The notes below the pieces were generated by a model. It did no database searches. It was not told the DNA's origin and worked only from the letters and a program-made list of their open reading frames with translations. A DNA stretch of 64,000 nucleotides from positions 99,468 through 163,467 of the forward strand of contig JAJYUZ010000004.1 in NCBI GenBank assembly GCA_021792255.1, written 5' to 3'. Shown here piece by piece: positions 30,294-40,695 of this stretch. This DNA is from Thermoplasmata archaeon (GTDB taxonomy: Archaea; Thermoplasmatota; Thermoplasmata; Thermoplasmatales; GCA-001856825). The first letter of the stretch is position 1, and every line of letters starts with the position of its first letter. The position numbers and the translations under genes are program-made.

Positions 30294-30722
30294 ATGATGA
30301 AGCTCGATTTCCGCTCGAGGCCCATAGACGAGAACTTCTTCAACCTCCCTGATAAATATCCGGTGACTGGGATGCACAAGAATCACGAAGTGAGGGCGGA
30401 AGGGATATTGAGGATAGATCAACTGGGGAAACCGTATCCTACCAGACTGGGAATTCACGGAACGAACGTTGCAGTCGACTGGGACAGTTGCATAGCGGAC
30501 GGAGCGTGCATGGACGCTTGTCCCCTACACGGATTCGAGTGGTATCTGAACGAAGGAAAATCCGGGAAGGGAAACGACATTAAAATAAAAGAGGGCACTA
30601 AATTGTGGAAAAAATTCAGGACAGATAAAGCAGATCCCACGAGCCAGGACGAGTGTGTCTACTGTAATGCGTGTGTCGTGGCTTGCCCTAGCGGTGCGAT
30701 TTCAGTTCTTAAACGGATCTAA
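30294..30722 (+). CDS. zfx: zinc-containing ferredoxin (Thermoplasma/Sulfolobus type)
   Basis: His-bearing N-terminal extension, LGIHGT.VAVDWDSCIADGACMDACP, CVYCNACVVACP. Confidence 0.9.
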   Translation: MMKLDFRSRPIDENFFNLPDKYPVTGMHKNHEVRAEGILRIDQLGKPYPTRLGIHGTNVAVDWDSCIADGACMDACPLHGFEWYLNEGKSGKGNDIKIKEGTKLWKKFRTDKADPTSQDECVYCNACVVACPSGAISVLKRI

Positions 30723-30774
30723 GCATCGAATTCCGGAATCTCTTCCTGATTCAGATAAAGACTATTCTTATCTG

Positions 30775-31557
30775 TTATTTTTCCCTCATTAATTCGACAA
30801 GCTTAGATGATACCTCTTTTGAATCTCCTCTGATGTATATCCTCTTCCTCTGGGGGGGATTAATGTCCACTAAACCTCTCACGAATGTGAAAGAGCCCTT
30901 CAATCCGGTGGTCGCTTCAGCAAGTTCTAAGTCGTTCGAACCCCAGACCGTAAGGTGATGCTCTGTATCGACCGTTTTCTTTCTCTTGAAGTCTGGGAAT
31001 CTCGGTTGATTTGCGTGCATTTCGACGCTTATGACCGCAGGCATCCTGGCCTCGACAGTCTCGTGTCCTCCCTTTATTGTCCTCTTGGCCCTGACTTTGT
31101 CTTCTTCGACATTGACTGACGAGGCGAATAGGATTTGTGGAAGATCGAGTAATTCTGCGATCTGTCCAGGAAGCTGTCCCAGCCCGGCGTCGGAAGATTC
31201 TTCCCCGGCCAGTATAAGGTCGTAGTCTCCTATCTTCCTTATTGCAGTCGACAGGACGAGTGCAGTGGGGAATGTGTCTGCGCCACCAAAATTCCGATCA
31301 GAAAGGAGTATGGCATCGTCAGCTCCCATGGCCATTCCCAGTTTGAGATAGCTTTCGAAGAATGGGGGTCCCATTGAAAGGAGAATGACTTTCCCCCCAT
31401 TCTCTTCTCTCAACCTGAGGGCAGTCTCTATTGCGTTCTTGTCGGTTTCGTTGATCTGATTCTCCGCCTTGCTCCTGTCCAGTCTCTTTGTCGTCGGGTC
31501 GAAGATTATGTTTTCGGATTTTGGAACTATCTTTGTGCAAACTATAATGTTCTTCAT
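30775..31557 (-). CDS. etfB: electron transfer flavoprotein beta subunit
   Basis: IIVCTKIVP, SMGPP, AMGADDAILLSD..FGGADT. Confidence 0.93.
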   Translation of the reverse strand: MKNIIVCTKIVPKSENIIFDPTTKRLDRSKAENQINETDKNAIETALRLREENGGKVILLSMGPPFFESYLKLGMAMGADDAILLSDRNFGGADTFPTALVLSTAIRKIGDYDLILAGEESSDAGLGQLPGQIAELLDLPQILFASSVNVEEDKVRAKRTIKGGHETVEARMPAVISVEMHANQPRFPDFKRKKTVDTEHHLTVWGSNDLELAEATTGLKGSFTFVRGLVDINPPQRKRIYIRGDSKEVSSKLVELMREK

Positions 31558-32528
31558 CTTTCCCCCTCCAGTTTTTGAATCACCAGTGGAACGATTTCCG
31601 AGACATCTCCTACGATGCAGTAATCAGAATGATTGAAAATCTCTGATTTCTCATCGAGATCAATCGAGATCACGGTTCCACAATCCTTTATGCCAGACGT
31701 GAAATGTTCAGAGCCACTGACCCCGAGGATGAGGGCGATCTTGGACTTCAGTGAATAACCGGTGGATCCTACCTGCAGGTCTCTGGGAACGAGGCCCCTG
31801 TCAGCGAGCGGTCTGGTGACTCCAATGTCACAGTTGGTAAGTTCGGCCAGCCTCTTCACCAGGGTAATATCCCCTCCAGTGCCGTTACCTCCGACGATCG
31901 TCCGTTCCGATTTTGAGAGGTCCTTTATCTTAGACACGTTTCTTTCCAGAATCTTGACTCTGTTTTGAGTCTTGGTCAGATCGGGGACTATAGTGTTGAC
32001 CTTCCCTTTTCTCTTGGGATCGTAGACCTTGTTGAAAGTACCAGGTCTGACGGTGGACATTTGTGGACGCGCTTTCTCACAGACAATTTCTGCGACTATT
32101 TTTCCTCCGTAAGCGGGGACTCCAAAAATCACCTCGCCTTTCTCGTTCATTTCCATCGTAATTGCATTCGCAGTCAGGCCCGTGCGCAACTTTGCTGCCA
32201 GTCTTCCCGCCAGATCTCTTCCATATGGAGTAGCACCTATCAGGAAGGCGCTTGGCATCTCTTTATTGATCGAGTCAAATAGAGACTTTACGTACAGATC
32301 GTTCGAATAGGTGTTAAGGTCTTCGTGCTTTATCAAGAGAACCTTGTCAGCTCCGTACCTTATCGTCTCGCTTGCGACCTCTTCGTTTGGGGTCCCTAGG
32401 AGTACGCCAGTCAAAGAATACCCGAAGGCTCTGGTTATCTCCGAAGCCTTCCCCAGTATTTCGAGAGAGACCTCTTCTATCTCGTCTCCATCTCTCTCGA
32501 TGAACACCCAGATATCATTGCTTGTCAT
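31554..32528 (-). CDS. etfA: electron transfer flavoprotein alpha subunit
   Basis: GRDLAGRLA...GLTA, RPQMSTVRPG, QVGSTG, GVSGSEHF. Confidence 0.92.
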   Translation of the reverse strand: MTSNDIWVFIERDGDEIEEVSLEILGKASEITRAFGYSLTGVLLGTPNEEVASETIRYGADKVLLIKHEDLNTYSNDLYVKSLFDSINKEMPSAFLIGATPYGRDLAGRLAAKLRTGLTANAITMEMNEKGEVIFGVPAYGGKIVAEIVCEKARPQMSTVRPGTFNKVYDPKRKGKVNTIVPDLTKTQNRVKILERNVSKIKDLSKSERTIVGGNGTGGDITLVKRLAELTNCDIGVTRPLADRGLVPRDLQVGSTGYSLKSKIALILGVSGSEHFTSGIKDCGTVISIDLDEKSEIFNHSDYCIVGDVSEIVPLVIQKLEGER

Positions 32529-33649
32529 TTCACATTCTCCTCCAGGAATTCAGATACTTCTTTCACTTTGAGGTCGATTCCATTCGTCTTTCCGCTGTCG
32601 GTGAGGTTCATGTTGCAGACCGGGCAGGCAGTCAGGACGGTCTCGGCGCCTGTGCTTCTTGCCTGCTCCATTCTGAAATCTGAAAGTCTCTTGCCTTCAA
32701 AGTCGATGAACATTCTGTTACCGCCACCTCCGCAACAAAGACTATTCTTTCCCGACGATTCCATTTCCTTGACTTCGATGCCTGGAATCGAGTGGAGAAT
32801 CTCTCTCAGGTCGTCTCCCCCTCCATCGTAGCGGCTCAGGTAGCAAGGATCGTGGATCGTTATCTTTCCGGTTTTTCCCTCCTTGAAGCTTAGCTTCCCT
32901 TTCTTGACCAAGTCATTGAGGTACTCCGAATAGTGCTTCACTTCTATCTTCAACCCCCTCTCTCTGTAGTACTTTTCAAACATGTGCTCACAGTGAGGAG
33001 AGAAGGCGACTATGGTCTTTGCCCCCGTCTTTTCGAACGTTGCTATGTTGTCTCTAACAAGGTCGTCCAGGTAATAAGCTTCTCCAGCGTTTCTGACAGG
33101 TTCGCCACAGCACCTCTCCTTGTTTCCAAGAGTGCCGAAATCCACACCTGCCTTCTTCAGTAGATCGGCGAGCGATCTAAGCGAGCCGTGGAGATTCTTG
33201 TTGTAGGCAGCATCGCAGCCCACATAAAGGAGGACATCGCTTCCATTATCTGCGTCCTTGATTTGTAGACCCTCTGACCACTTTGATCTGTCGGACTTCT
33301 TTCCTCCCCAGGGGTTCCCATTCTCGTAAATGTCCCAGAGCATGGCAACTATCTTATCGGGAGCCTTCCTGTCCTCAAATTCCAGTTGTCTGAGCCCCCT
33401 GATCACGTTCACGATGTTCACCTGTCTTGGACAGCTATTTTCACATAGCTTGCAGGTGGAGCAGTTCCATATCCCTTCGGAGAGGTCAAGACCTATCTGG
33501 GCCCTCCTCATGAGATTCCTCGTGTCTATCGTCTCTTCACCCATGTAACCGAGTGGGCAAGTTGCGGTACAAGCTCCGCACTGGAAGCATTCGTTTCCAT
33601 CAAAACCTGTGAGATTGGTTACCTTCTCCCACCTTGAGTCATCTACCAC
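32525..33649 (-). CDS. HdrD/GlpC-like Fe-S oxidoreductase (2x4Fe-4S plus two CCG domains)
   Basis: CFQCGACTATCP, CSTCKLCENSCP, ERCCG, HDPCYL, CCGGGG, TACPVC. Confidence 0.9.
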   Translation of the reverse strand: MVDDSRWEKVTNLTGFDGNECFQCGACTATCPLGYMGEETIDTRNLMRRAQIGLDLSEGIWNCSTCKLCENSCPRQVNIVNVIRGLRQLEFEDRKAPDKIVAMLWDIYENGNPWGGKKSDRSKWSEGLQIKDADNGSDVLLYVGCDAAYNKNLHGSLRSLADLLKKAGVDFGTLGNKERCCGEPVRNAGEAYYLDDLVRDNIATFEKTGAKTIVAFSPHCEHMFEKYYRERGLKIEVKHYSEYLNDLVKKGKLSFKEGKTGKITIHDPCYLSRYDGGGDDLREILHSIPGIEVKEMESSGKNSLCCGGGGNRMFIDFEGKRLSDFRMEQARSTGAETVLTACPVCNMNLTDSGKTNGIDLKVKEVSEFLEENVK

Positions 33650-36600
33650 TAACGTCTTACCACCCCCTTCAACTTGGATTCCGTGCTCGTAATCTCATCC
33701 TTTGAGAGAGATTTGATTAGAGCATCCATCTCCCTTATTTTGGAGGCAAACCTATTGCCCTCAGCAGCGCTGACCCACCAGAGTTGAAGCCTGTCCGGAT
33801 TGACCTTCTTCGCCTCAAGGAAGCGTTTCCATCTGTCGACCCTCTTTTCCGTATACTCATTCGCATCGATATAGTGACAGTCGTTTATGTGGCATCCGGT
33901 GACTAGGACGGCCCCGGGATTCTTGCTGAATGCATACATGACCAGTTTTTGAGATATCCTGCTTGAGCACATCGTCCTGATGACTCTGGCACTCGGAGGA
34001 TATTGGATCTTGGAAATACCCGCCTGATCTGCGCCAGCGTAGGAACACCAGTTGCAAGCGAAAACAACGAGTTTCTCTTCTGGTTTTTCTGCAGTGGCAG
34101 CGTCTATCTGTGTCATGATCTGCTTGTCCGTGAAATTGGGCATGGAAATAGCGCCCTCTATATTGCACTCTGCAACACAGTTACCGCATCCCATACATGC
34201 TGCGGGAACGAGATTTATCCACTTTCCTCGTTCTCCTTTGATAGCTCCATATGGACAAACCTCAGCGCACCTGAGGCACTTCACACACTTTGATTGCTCT
34301 ATCTGCGGTATTATAGGCTCTTTGTCTATCTTCCCTCTGAAGAGAAGCTTTGCCGCCTTTGCAGCCGTTGCGTACCCTTGAGAGATCGACTCCTTTACGC
34401 CCTTTGGCCCCTGAACGGTTCCAGCAAGGAAAACTCCCTGCACTGCGGCCTCAACGGGTCCAAGCTTGGGGTGCACTTCTAGCAGAAAACCCTCGCTATC
34501 CCGTGAGAGCTTGAGTTGAGTGAATATTTCCTCATCCTTTGGTTTTAGTCCGATGTTTAGGACGAGATGATCCACAGGTGCCTTCATCTTTGTGGACGAA
34601 AGATCATCAACGAATATCAGCGAAGTGCCGTCAAATTCTATGGCTTCTTCTGGAGACTTGGAAGGCTCGTACCTGAAAAATTGGACTCCCTTTTCTCCAG
34701 CCTTTCTGTACAATTCCTCCGCATTCCTTTCGTAGGCCCTGATGTCTTTGTAGAAAACTCTCACCGTCTTCCCTTTCTCTTTCAGATCTATTGCCTGTTG
34801 GAGCATGGTCGAACAGCAGAATCTCGAACATCCTTTGTCTCCCTTTCTTGAGCCGACACAGGAAATAATAGAATACTTATCTCCCTCAACCTTTGAATAA
34901 TTCTTTTCCAGGTCGAGCGATGTGATGACCTCAGGATCGGTTCCATACTTGAATTCGGTCGGTTCGTAGGGATCGGCTCCGGTAGCGATTATGACCGCTC
35001 CCGCTTCGACCTTGGTCCCATCAGAAAGCGCGGCCGAAAAATTGCCGACAAATCCACTTATTTCCTTCACAGTGGTTGAAGTGTGTATTATTGCTCCAGA
35101 TCTTCGCAGTCCGTCCTGCAACTTTTGAAGAGTTTTGTCCGCTTTTTCCAGCTCAGGAGATATTACGTCTATAGAATTCAGGAGACCGCCGAGTTTGTCC
35201 TCCCTCTCCACGAGGTGGACCTCGACTCCCATGTTCGATAGAGAAGATGCAGCCGCAATACCGGCAGGGCCACCACCTATGACCAACCCCGTCCTGATGA
35301 CCGGAAACTCGATGTCGTCCATCGGAGTCAGCAACCTAGCCTTTGAGACAGCCATGTTCACTATATCGACTGCCTTTTCAGTGGCTGGCACTTTCTCCTT
35401 TTTGTGGACCCACGAGTCCATGTTTCTGACATTTGCCATTTCGAAGAGGTATGGATTCAGGCCTGCTCTCGAACAGACCCTCTGGAAAGTTACACCGTGC
35501 GTTTTTGGCGAACACGCTCCAACAACGACTCTATTCAGATTCTTCTCCTTTATTTTCTCGGCAATCGCATCCTGTGAGCTACCCGCACACGTAAATTTGT
35601 TTTCTTCAACGTAGGCAACGTTTGGTAAAGCCCTTATTTCTTCTGCCACCTTTCTGACATCTACAACTCCAGCAATGTTGGAACCACAGTCACAGAGGAA
35701 AACCCCAATTTTCGGTTCCCCTGAAACGTCGAGTGGGGGCGGTGCTGGCTCTTCAATCCATTCTCTCTTCTTCACATACTTCAGGGCCTGAGCAGTGGCT
35801 GCCGAGGCTTCCGTTACGCTGTCTGGAATGTCTTTTGGACCGGATGCGCAACCGGCGACAAATATTCCCTTCCTTGTTGTGGAGACTGGGTCTTCCAGTC
35901 TGTTCTTGAAGAAACCGTCCTCTGAAAGTTCTAGGTCCAGAGTCTTTGCCAGTTTTTCAGTGCCCTTCGAAGGTATTGAGGCCGTGGCAAGAACGACCAT
36001 ATCGTACGTTTCTTCTATGATTTTACCATCGTTCGTCGTGTATCTTACCGATATGGCGTCACCCTTTCTCTTCACAGATGCAGGTCTAGATCTTATGTAT
36101 CTGATGTCCTTCTGAGACCTAGAGTAGAGTTCATCGAAACCCTTGCCGTAAGCCCTTATGTCCATGTAAAGCACCGTAACGTCTTTTATTCCGTGATCTA
36201 CCAGCTGGGAAGCCTCCTTTATCGAGTACATACAGCACGTTCTCGAACAGTACGGTACAAATCTCTTATCGCGAGAACCCGCGCACAGAACGAACAAGAT
36301 GTTCTCGGGGTGTTTTCCGTTGGACGGCTTTATTATCTCTCCTTCGGTGGGGCCCGCTGCGTTGAGCATTCTTTCGAGTTCATAAGACGTGAGAATGTCC
36401 GGATCAGAAGAGTAACCGAACTCTTCAAGAAGGGAAGCATTGAACAGATCAAAACCCGTAGCCACGATTATGGAGGCGACATTTTCTTTTATGACGTTCG
36501 GAGTCATATTAAAATCAATCGCTTCGGGTCCGCAAGCATCCGTGCATCTTCCGCAGGGAAGATAGTTTGGAGGATCGTTAAGACAGCTTTCGATGTCTAT

Positions 36601-37035
36601 GGTGTAGGGTCCCGGTTCCGCCTGAGAGAATGGCGTGTAGATCGCTTTCCTAGCTCCTACTCCGGCATCAAATTCATTTTTCAGAACTTGAGGACAAGCC
36701 TGAACACACAGGTCGCACCTGGTACAAGCATCAGTGACGAACCTGGGTTTCTGGTTGATCGTGACCTGGAAATTTCCCTCCTCTCCTTTTACTTCCGTTA
36801 CTTCCGCAAGGGTGAGCACCTTGATGTTAGGGTTATGAGTGACATCGCTCATCTTCGGAGCCTCTATACATATCGAGCAGTCGAACGTAGGAAAATTCTT
36901 GTCAAGGGCAGCCATCTTGCCTCCTATTGATGCAGTTTTTTCGACCAGCAGTACTTCTGCCCCCGCTTCAGCCAGATCGAGGGAAGCTTGGATTCCTGCT
37001 ATCCCTCCTCCAATGATCATCACTTTATCTGCCAT
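33649..37035 (-). CDS. HdrA-like flavoprotein with two FAD domains fused to an MvhD domain
   Basis: GGGIAG domain plus inserted ferredoxin, IGVFLCDCG, second GGGPAG domain, ferredoxin, C-terminal FACNWCSYAGAD..MCSSR..GCH..DCHY; start MADKV at 37035. Confidence 0.92.
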   Translation of the reverse strand: MADKVMIIGGGIAGIQASLDLAEAGAEVLLVEKTASIGGKMAALDKNFPTFDCSICIEAPKMSDVTHNPNIKVLTLAEVTEVKGEEGNFQVTINQKPRFVTDACTRCDLCVQACPQVLKNEFDAGVGARKAIYTPFSQAEPGPYTIDIESCLNDPPNYLPCGRCTDACGPEAIDFNMTPNVIKENVASIIVATGFDLFNASLLEEFGYSSDPDILTSYELERMLNAAGPTEGEIIKPSNGKHPENILFVLCAGSRDKRFVPYCSRTCCMYSIKEASQLVDHGIKDVTVLYMDIRAYGKGFDELYSRSQKDIRYIRSRPASVKRKGDAISVRYTTNDGKIIEETYDMVVLATASIPSKGTEKLAKTLDLELSEDGFFKNRLEDPVSTTRKGIFVAGCASGPKDIPDSVTEASAATAQALKYVKKREWIEEPAPPPLDVSGEPKIGVFLCDCGSNIAGVVDVRKVAEEIRALPNVAYVEENKFTCAGSSQDAIAEKIKEKNLNRVVVGACSPKTHGVTFQRVCSRAGLNPYLFEMANVRNMDSWVHKKEKVPATEKAVDIVNMAVSKARLLTPMDDIEFPVIRTGLVIGGGPAGIAAASSLSNMGVEVHLVEREDKLGGLLNSIDVISPELEKADKTLQKLQDGLRRSGAIIHTSTTVKEISGFVGNFSAALSDGTKVEAGAVIIATGADPYEPTEFKYGTDPEVITSLDLEKNYSKVEGDKYSIISCVGSRKGDKGCSRFCCSTMLQQAIDLKEKGKTVRVFYKDIRAYERNAEELYRKAGEKGVQFFRYEPSKSPEEAIEFDGTSLIFVDDLSSTKMKAPVDHLVLNIGLKPKDEEIFTQLKLSRDSEGFLLEVHPKLGPVEAAVQGVFLAGTVQGPKGVKESISQGYATAAKAAKLLFRGKIDKEPIIPQIEQSKCVKCLRCAEVCPYGAIKGERGKWINLVPAACMGCGNCVAECNIEGAISMPNFTDKQIMTQIDAATAEKPEEKLVVFACNWCSYAGADQAGISKIQYPPSARVIRTMCSSRISQKLVMYAFSKNPGAVLVTGCHINDCHYIDANEYTEKRVDRWKRFLEAKKVNPDRLQLWWVSAAEGNRFASKIREMDALIKSLSKDEITSTESKLKGVVRR

Positions 37036-37558
37036 ATTTGACGCCCTCCTCATATCCTCGTTCAAAACAGCCAATGTTCGCATCTACGTATTTTGGAAAT
37101 CTCTTGGTAATTGCCCTTCTGCCCGATTCCATTGAGAATGTCTTTGTCACGCTCGAAAAAACTCCCATCAAGACGATGTTTGCTCCCTTTGGATTCTTCA
37201 GAGACTTTGAAATTTCGACACCTGGAATCTCAACGCTTCTAGATTTTAGCGTATCGGGAACCGACACCAGACTCTTCTCAGTTATTACATGCGATCGGGG
37301 TCCCAGTTGGTCGAGTGCGGTGTCCAGACCTTCCTGTGAGAGCGTAACTAAGTAATCCAGACCTTCGAGAAGTGGATAGTCTATGCTCTCATCGCTTATG
37401 ACGAGTTCAGCCTTGGACCATCCTCCAGTTATGTAGGGACTATATTCCTCGGTCATAATAACGAACTTTCCGTCCTCGACAGCGGCCTCACCTACGAGTT
37501 TTGCAAGGGTCATTATACCCTGGCCACCCATTCCATACATTCTGATTCCAAGTTTCAT
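37025..37558 (-). CDS. 2-oxoacid:ferredoxin oxidoreductase gamma subunit
   Basis: GMGGQG...Y.P...GGWS.A...ISD. Confidence 0.9.
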   Translation of the reverse strand: MKLGIRMYGMGGQGIMTLAKLVGEAAVEDGKFVIMTEEYSPYITGGWSKAELVISDESIDYPLLEGLDYLVTLSQEGLDTALDQLGPRSHVITEKSLVSVPDTLKSRSVEIPGVEISKSLKNPKGANIVLMGVFSSVTKTFSMESGRRAITKRFPKYVDANIGCFERGYEEGVKYGR

Positions 37559-38397
37559 CTACTCCCCTCCATTGATTTCTTTATCAGCTCACGCTCAAGA
37601 GTGACGTACGAAGCCCTCTTCCTGTTTACGAAGTCCCCAAGCACGACTGGCTTTCCATGAAACGGATCTATGGATATGTCATCCAGTTTTGCCTCATTTC
37701 TTACGATCGAATTGCTGCGGTAGAATTCCATTTCCTCGAAGCCATCAGCAAACCCGTTAAACTTTGCAAAATTCGGGGGGCAAGGAGAAAGGACTTCAAT
37801 GAACGCAAAGCCCTTGACTTCCATCGCAGTCTTTATCGATTTGACCAGTTGCCTTGGATGCATTACCGTCCACCTCGCAACGTAGGATGCTCCCAGTGCG
37901 TAGGCAAGATGTGGTAAGTTGAACGCTGGCTCGATGTTCCCGTATGGTGTAGATGCCGACTTGGAAGTGGGCGGAGTCGTTGCACCGTGCTGTCCTCCGG
38001 TCATACCGTAGTTGAAGTTGTTTGAGCAGATTACCAAGAGGTCCATGTTCCTCCTGGCAGCGTGAATGAAGTGATTCCCTCCTATGTTGAACAGGTCTCC
38101 ATCCCCACTTATCACGGTGACCTTGAGATCTGGATTCGCCAACTTTATTCCAGTCGCGAACGGTATCGCTCTTCCATGAGTAGTGTGGTAAGTATCCATG
38201 TTGACATATCCGGGAATCCTTGCAGTGCATCCGATGCCAGATACGAGCACGTGGTTATCCTGCGGAATACCAGATTTCTCTACTGCCCCAATGTAACTCT
38301 GGAGCAGAATTCCCAGCCCACACCCGGGACACCAGACGTGTGGAAATCTCTCTTCCCTTACGTACTGATGCTTCGGATGGAACTCCAGTGAAGTCAC
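37555..38397 (-). CDS. 2-oxoacid:ferredoxin oxidoreductase beta subunit
   Basis: WCPGCG, SGIGC, HGRA, GDGD..IGGNH, NYGMTGGQ. Confidence 0.94.
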   Translation of the reverse strand: MTSLEFHPKHQYVREERFPHVWCPGCGLGILLQSYIGAVEKSGIPQDNHVLVSGIGCTARIPGYVNMDTYHTTHGRAIPFATGIKLANPDLKVTVISGDGDLFNIGGNHFIHAARRNMDLLVICSNNFNYGMTGGQHGATTPPTSKSASTPYGNIEPAFNLPHLAYALGASYVARWTVMHPRQLVKSIKTAMEVKGFAFIEVLSPCPPNFAKFNGFADGFEEMEFYRSNSIVRNEAKLDDISIDPFHGKPVVLGDFVNRKRASYVTLERELIKKSMEGSR

Positions 38398-39533
38398 GAG
38401 ACCGACCTCCTGATCTGATCGAGGATTACCTTGTAATCGGGTACAGCTCCAGGTGTAAAGTGAATCTCCTTCGTTTCTATCTGGCCCACTTCTCTGACAG
38501 AATGGGAATATTGACCATAGTTGATCTCAGGAACGATGAATGTTTTTGTCCTTTGAGACAACTGAGTTATTCTCTTCTCTGGGAAGGGCCAGAGGGTGAT
38601 CGGCCTGAACATCCCTGCTTTGATCCCTTCTTTTCTCGCAATCTTCACCGCATACTTTGCAGCTCTGGAAGTTATCCCATATGCGACGACGACAATATCT
38701 GATTCGTCTAGATAGAATTCTTCGTACTTCACGATCTTGTCTTCATTTTTCCTGACCTTGTTGAGAAGATGCTCGAGCATTTTTTTCTCAACGTAGGCCT
38801 CGTTCGATGGGTAGCCTTTTTCGTCGTGAGTCAGGCTGTCCACATTTCCCCTGAATCCTGTTCCAGATACGAACATTGGCACGAAATCATCAGAATAATT
38901 GTAGACATCTTCGGAACCATTTCTTACCTTTCTTGTCTGTCTCTGAACTATTTCGTATTCGTCCTCGCTCTTGACCTCGAGTGTCTCTGAGAGATGACCT
39001 ATGACTTGGTCAGAAGCTATTATCACTGGTTGTCTATATGTCTCCGCAGCGTTGAAAGCAGTAATAGTCAGATCAAACGATTCCTGTACGCTGTTCGGAG
39101 AATAAGTTATAGGAGCAAGATCGCCATGGGATCCCCAACGTGTTTGCATAACATCTCCTTGCCCCACACGAGTTGGTATCCCGGTGGATGGTCCCGCCCT
39201 CATCTCATCGAGGACGATAGTTGGTGTTTCAGTGATCATGCCTAGCCCTATGTTCTCCTGCATGAGTGAAAAACCAGGTCCAGAAGTTGCGGTCATGCTC
39301 TTCATACCGGCATTTGAAGCCCCCACGATCGCGGCCATACTTCCGATTTCGTCTTCCATTTCAATGAAGTGACCTCCGATTTCTGGCAATCTTTTGCTCA
39401 TTCTCTCTAGAATTTCGCTTGAGGGTGTTATCGGATATCCTGCGAAGAATCGGCAACCTGCAAGAATAGCGCCCTCGGTAGATGCAAAATTTCCGTCCGT
39501 GAAATATCTCCCTGGAGGTAACACGTCAGTCAC
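38394..39533 (-). CDS. 2-oxoacid:ferredoxin oxidoreductase alpha subunit (KorA-like)
   Basis: AGYPITPSSE, TATSGPGFSLMQE, RAGPSTG; GTG start at 39533 overlapping the delta stop. Confidence 0.94.
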   Translation of the reverse strand: MTDVLPPGRYFTDGNFASTEGAILAGCRFFAGYPITPSSEILERMSKRLPEIGGHFIEMEDEIGSMAAIVGASNAGMKSMTATSGPGFSLMQENIGLGMITETPTIVLDEMRAGPSTGIPTRVGQGDVMQTRWGSHGDLAPITYSPNSVQESFDLTITAFNAAETYRQPVIIASDQVIGHLSETLEVKSEDEYEIVQRQTRKVRNGSEDVYNYSDDFVPMFVSGTGFRGNVDSLTHDEKGYPSNEAYVEKKMLEHLLNKVRKNEDKIVKYEEFYLDESDIVVVAYGITSRAAKYAVKIARKEGIKAGMFRPITLWPFPEKRITQLSQRTKTFIVPEINYGQYSHSVREVGQIETKEIHFTPGAVPDYKVILDQIRRSVS

Positions 39534-39829
39534 TGTCGCACCTCCGTTACAAAAATCGCAAAGTCTGGACAGATGGTCTGGCACATCCCGCATGCAACGC
39601 ACGAATCCTCTTTGCCTTTCTTTACTCTAACTGGATGATAACCGTAGACGTTTACCGATGTAGATCGTTCCAGCACTTCATTCGGGCAATAGTTTGTGCA
39701 GTAGTTGCACTCTTTGCACCTTTCTGGAAATATATGGATTTTCCCCTTGGGTTTAGGAAATCTTTCATAATTTACGGGGGTTCTCCAGATATTGCCTTGG
39801 TCGTGATTAATTTTAGACTCTTTTATCAT
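39530..39829 (-). CDS. 2-oxoacid:ferredoxin oxidoreductase delta (ferredoxin) subunit
   Basis: CKECNYCTNYCP, CVACGMCQTICPDFAI. Confidence 0.9.
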   Translation of the reverse strand: MIKESKINHDQGNIWRTPVNYERFPKPKGKIHIFPERCKECNYCTNYCPNEVLERSTSVNVYGYHPVRVKKGKEDSCVACGMCQTICPDFAIFVTEVRQ

Positions 39830-40056
39830 AGGTCCCACGATTAAGTCACATCATTATTGTTAGAACATTAAAAATCATTTTGCTTCAGGGAGTAGAATTC
39901 TATTAGTTCCCTAAACATAATTAAGTCAACTAAATTCTTAACGTTTGCATTATAGACGATTACAGTGGAGGGTCGCTTTCCGATTCAGAATTTGAAAAAA
40001 AAGTTCGCTAGGTGGGCTTGAGGCTCGACTCGCCGATTTTGTCGGTGTTTTCTGAA

Positions 40057-40626
40057 TCAGGTCTTGGAACTTTCCTTGGGGCACTTGATCATTTTGTTCG
40101 CGGTATCATAGTCCTCATTTGTGTTGACGTTTAACAGCTTCCTGCTTTGCGTTTCGTTCAGGTGAACTAGGTCGAAACTTTCGGTTATAAAAGGAAATAT
40201 ATTCCTATTTTGTTTTGAGAACTCGACAAGGGAATCTAGGATAGAGTGATTGTACACAGCAAACAGAGGCTCGACTATTCCATCAGCATCGACGGCTGCC
40301 ACTGGTTTTCCCCCATATGCCTCTAGAATGGTGCGAACTACCTCGATATCAATAAGAGGAAGGTCTCCTCCGACGGCCAGAAATACATTGAACTTTTCGA
40401 GCGCATTCGTGATCGAGTCAATCAAGGTACCTTCGGTTGAATCATTTACTACCCTCAAATTCTTTAATTGCAATCGCTCATATTTGGAGAAAACTATGAC
40501 TTCCTCAAAGAGTCTGGTTTCCTTGAGAATCCTATCGACTCTTGAAAGCATCGCTTCACCACATATTTCGAGGAGATGTTTGTGCTCGAGCCTTTCACTC
40601 TCCTTTACAAATATTACTGCTTTCAA
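40057..40626 (-). CDS. mobA: molybdenum cofactor guanylyltransferase-like
   Basis: SERLEHKHLL, GGDLPLI, EPLFAVY, LNVNT.ED; Moco gene context. Confidence 0.8.
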   Translation of the reverse strand: MKAVIFVKESERLEHKHLLEICGEAMLSRVDRILKETRLFEEVIVFSKYERLQLKNLRVVNDSTEGTLIDSITNALEKFNVFLAVGGDLPLIDIEVVRTILEAYGGKPVAAVDADGIVEPLFAVYNHSILDSLVEFSKQNRNIFPFITESFDLVHLNETQSRKLLNVNTNEDYDTANKMIKCPKESSKT

Positions 40627-40695
40627 TCGGAGTTCTCTCCCGCACGCACTTCCGTACGGTAGCAGATAAGTTCTGGTACCGCGAGGAAGAATTTC

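Noticed and set aside
33857-37135. Numerous antisense and alternative-frame ORFs of 60-290 aa here and across the window
   Set aside because: Shadows of well-supported genes with no recognisable motifs
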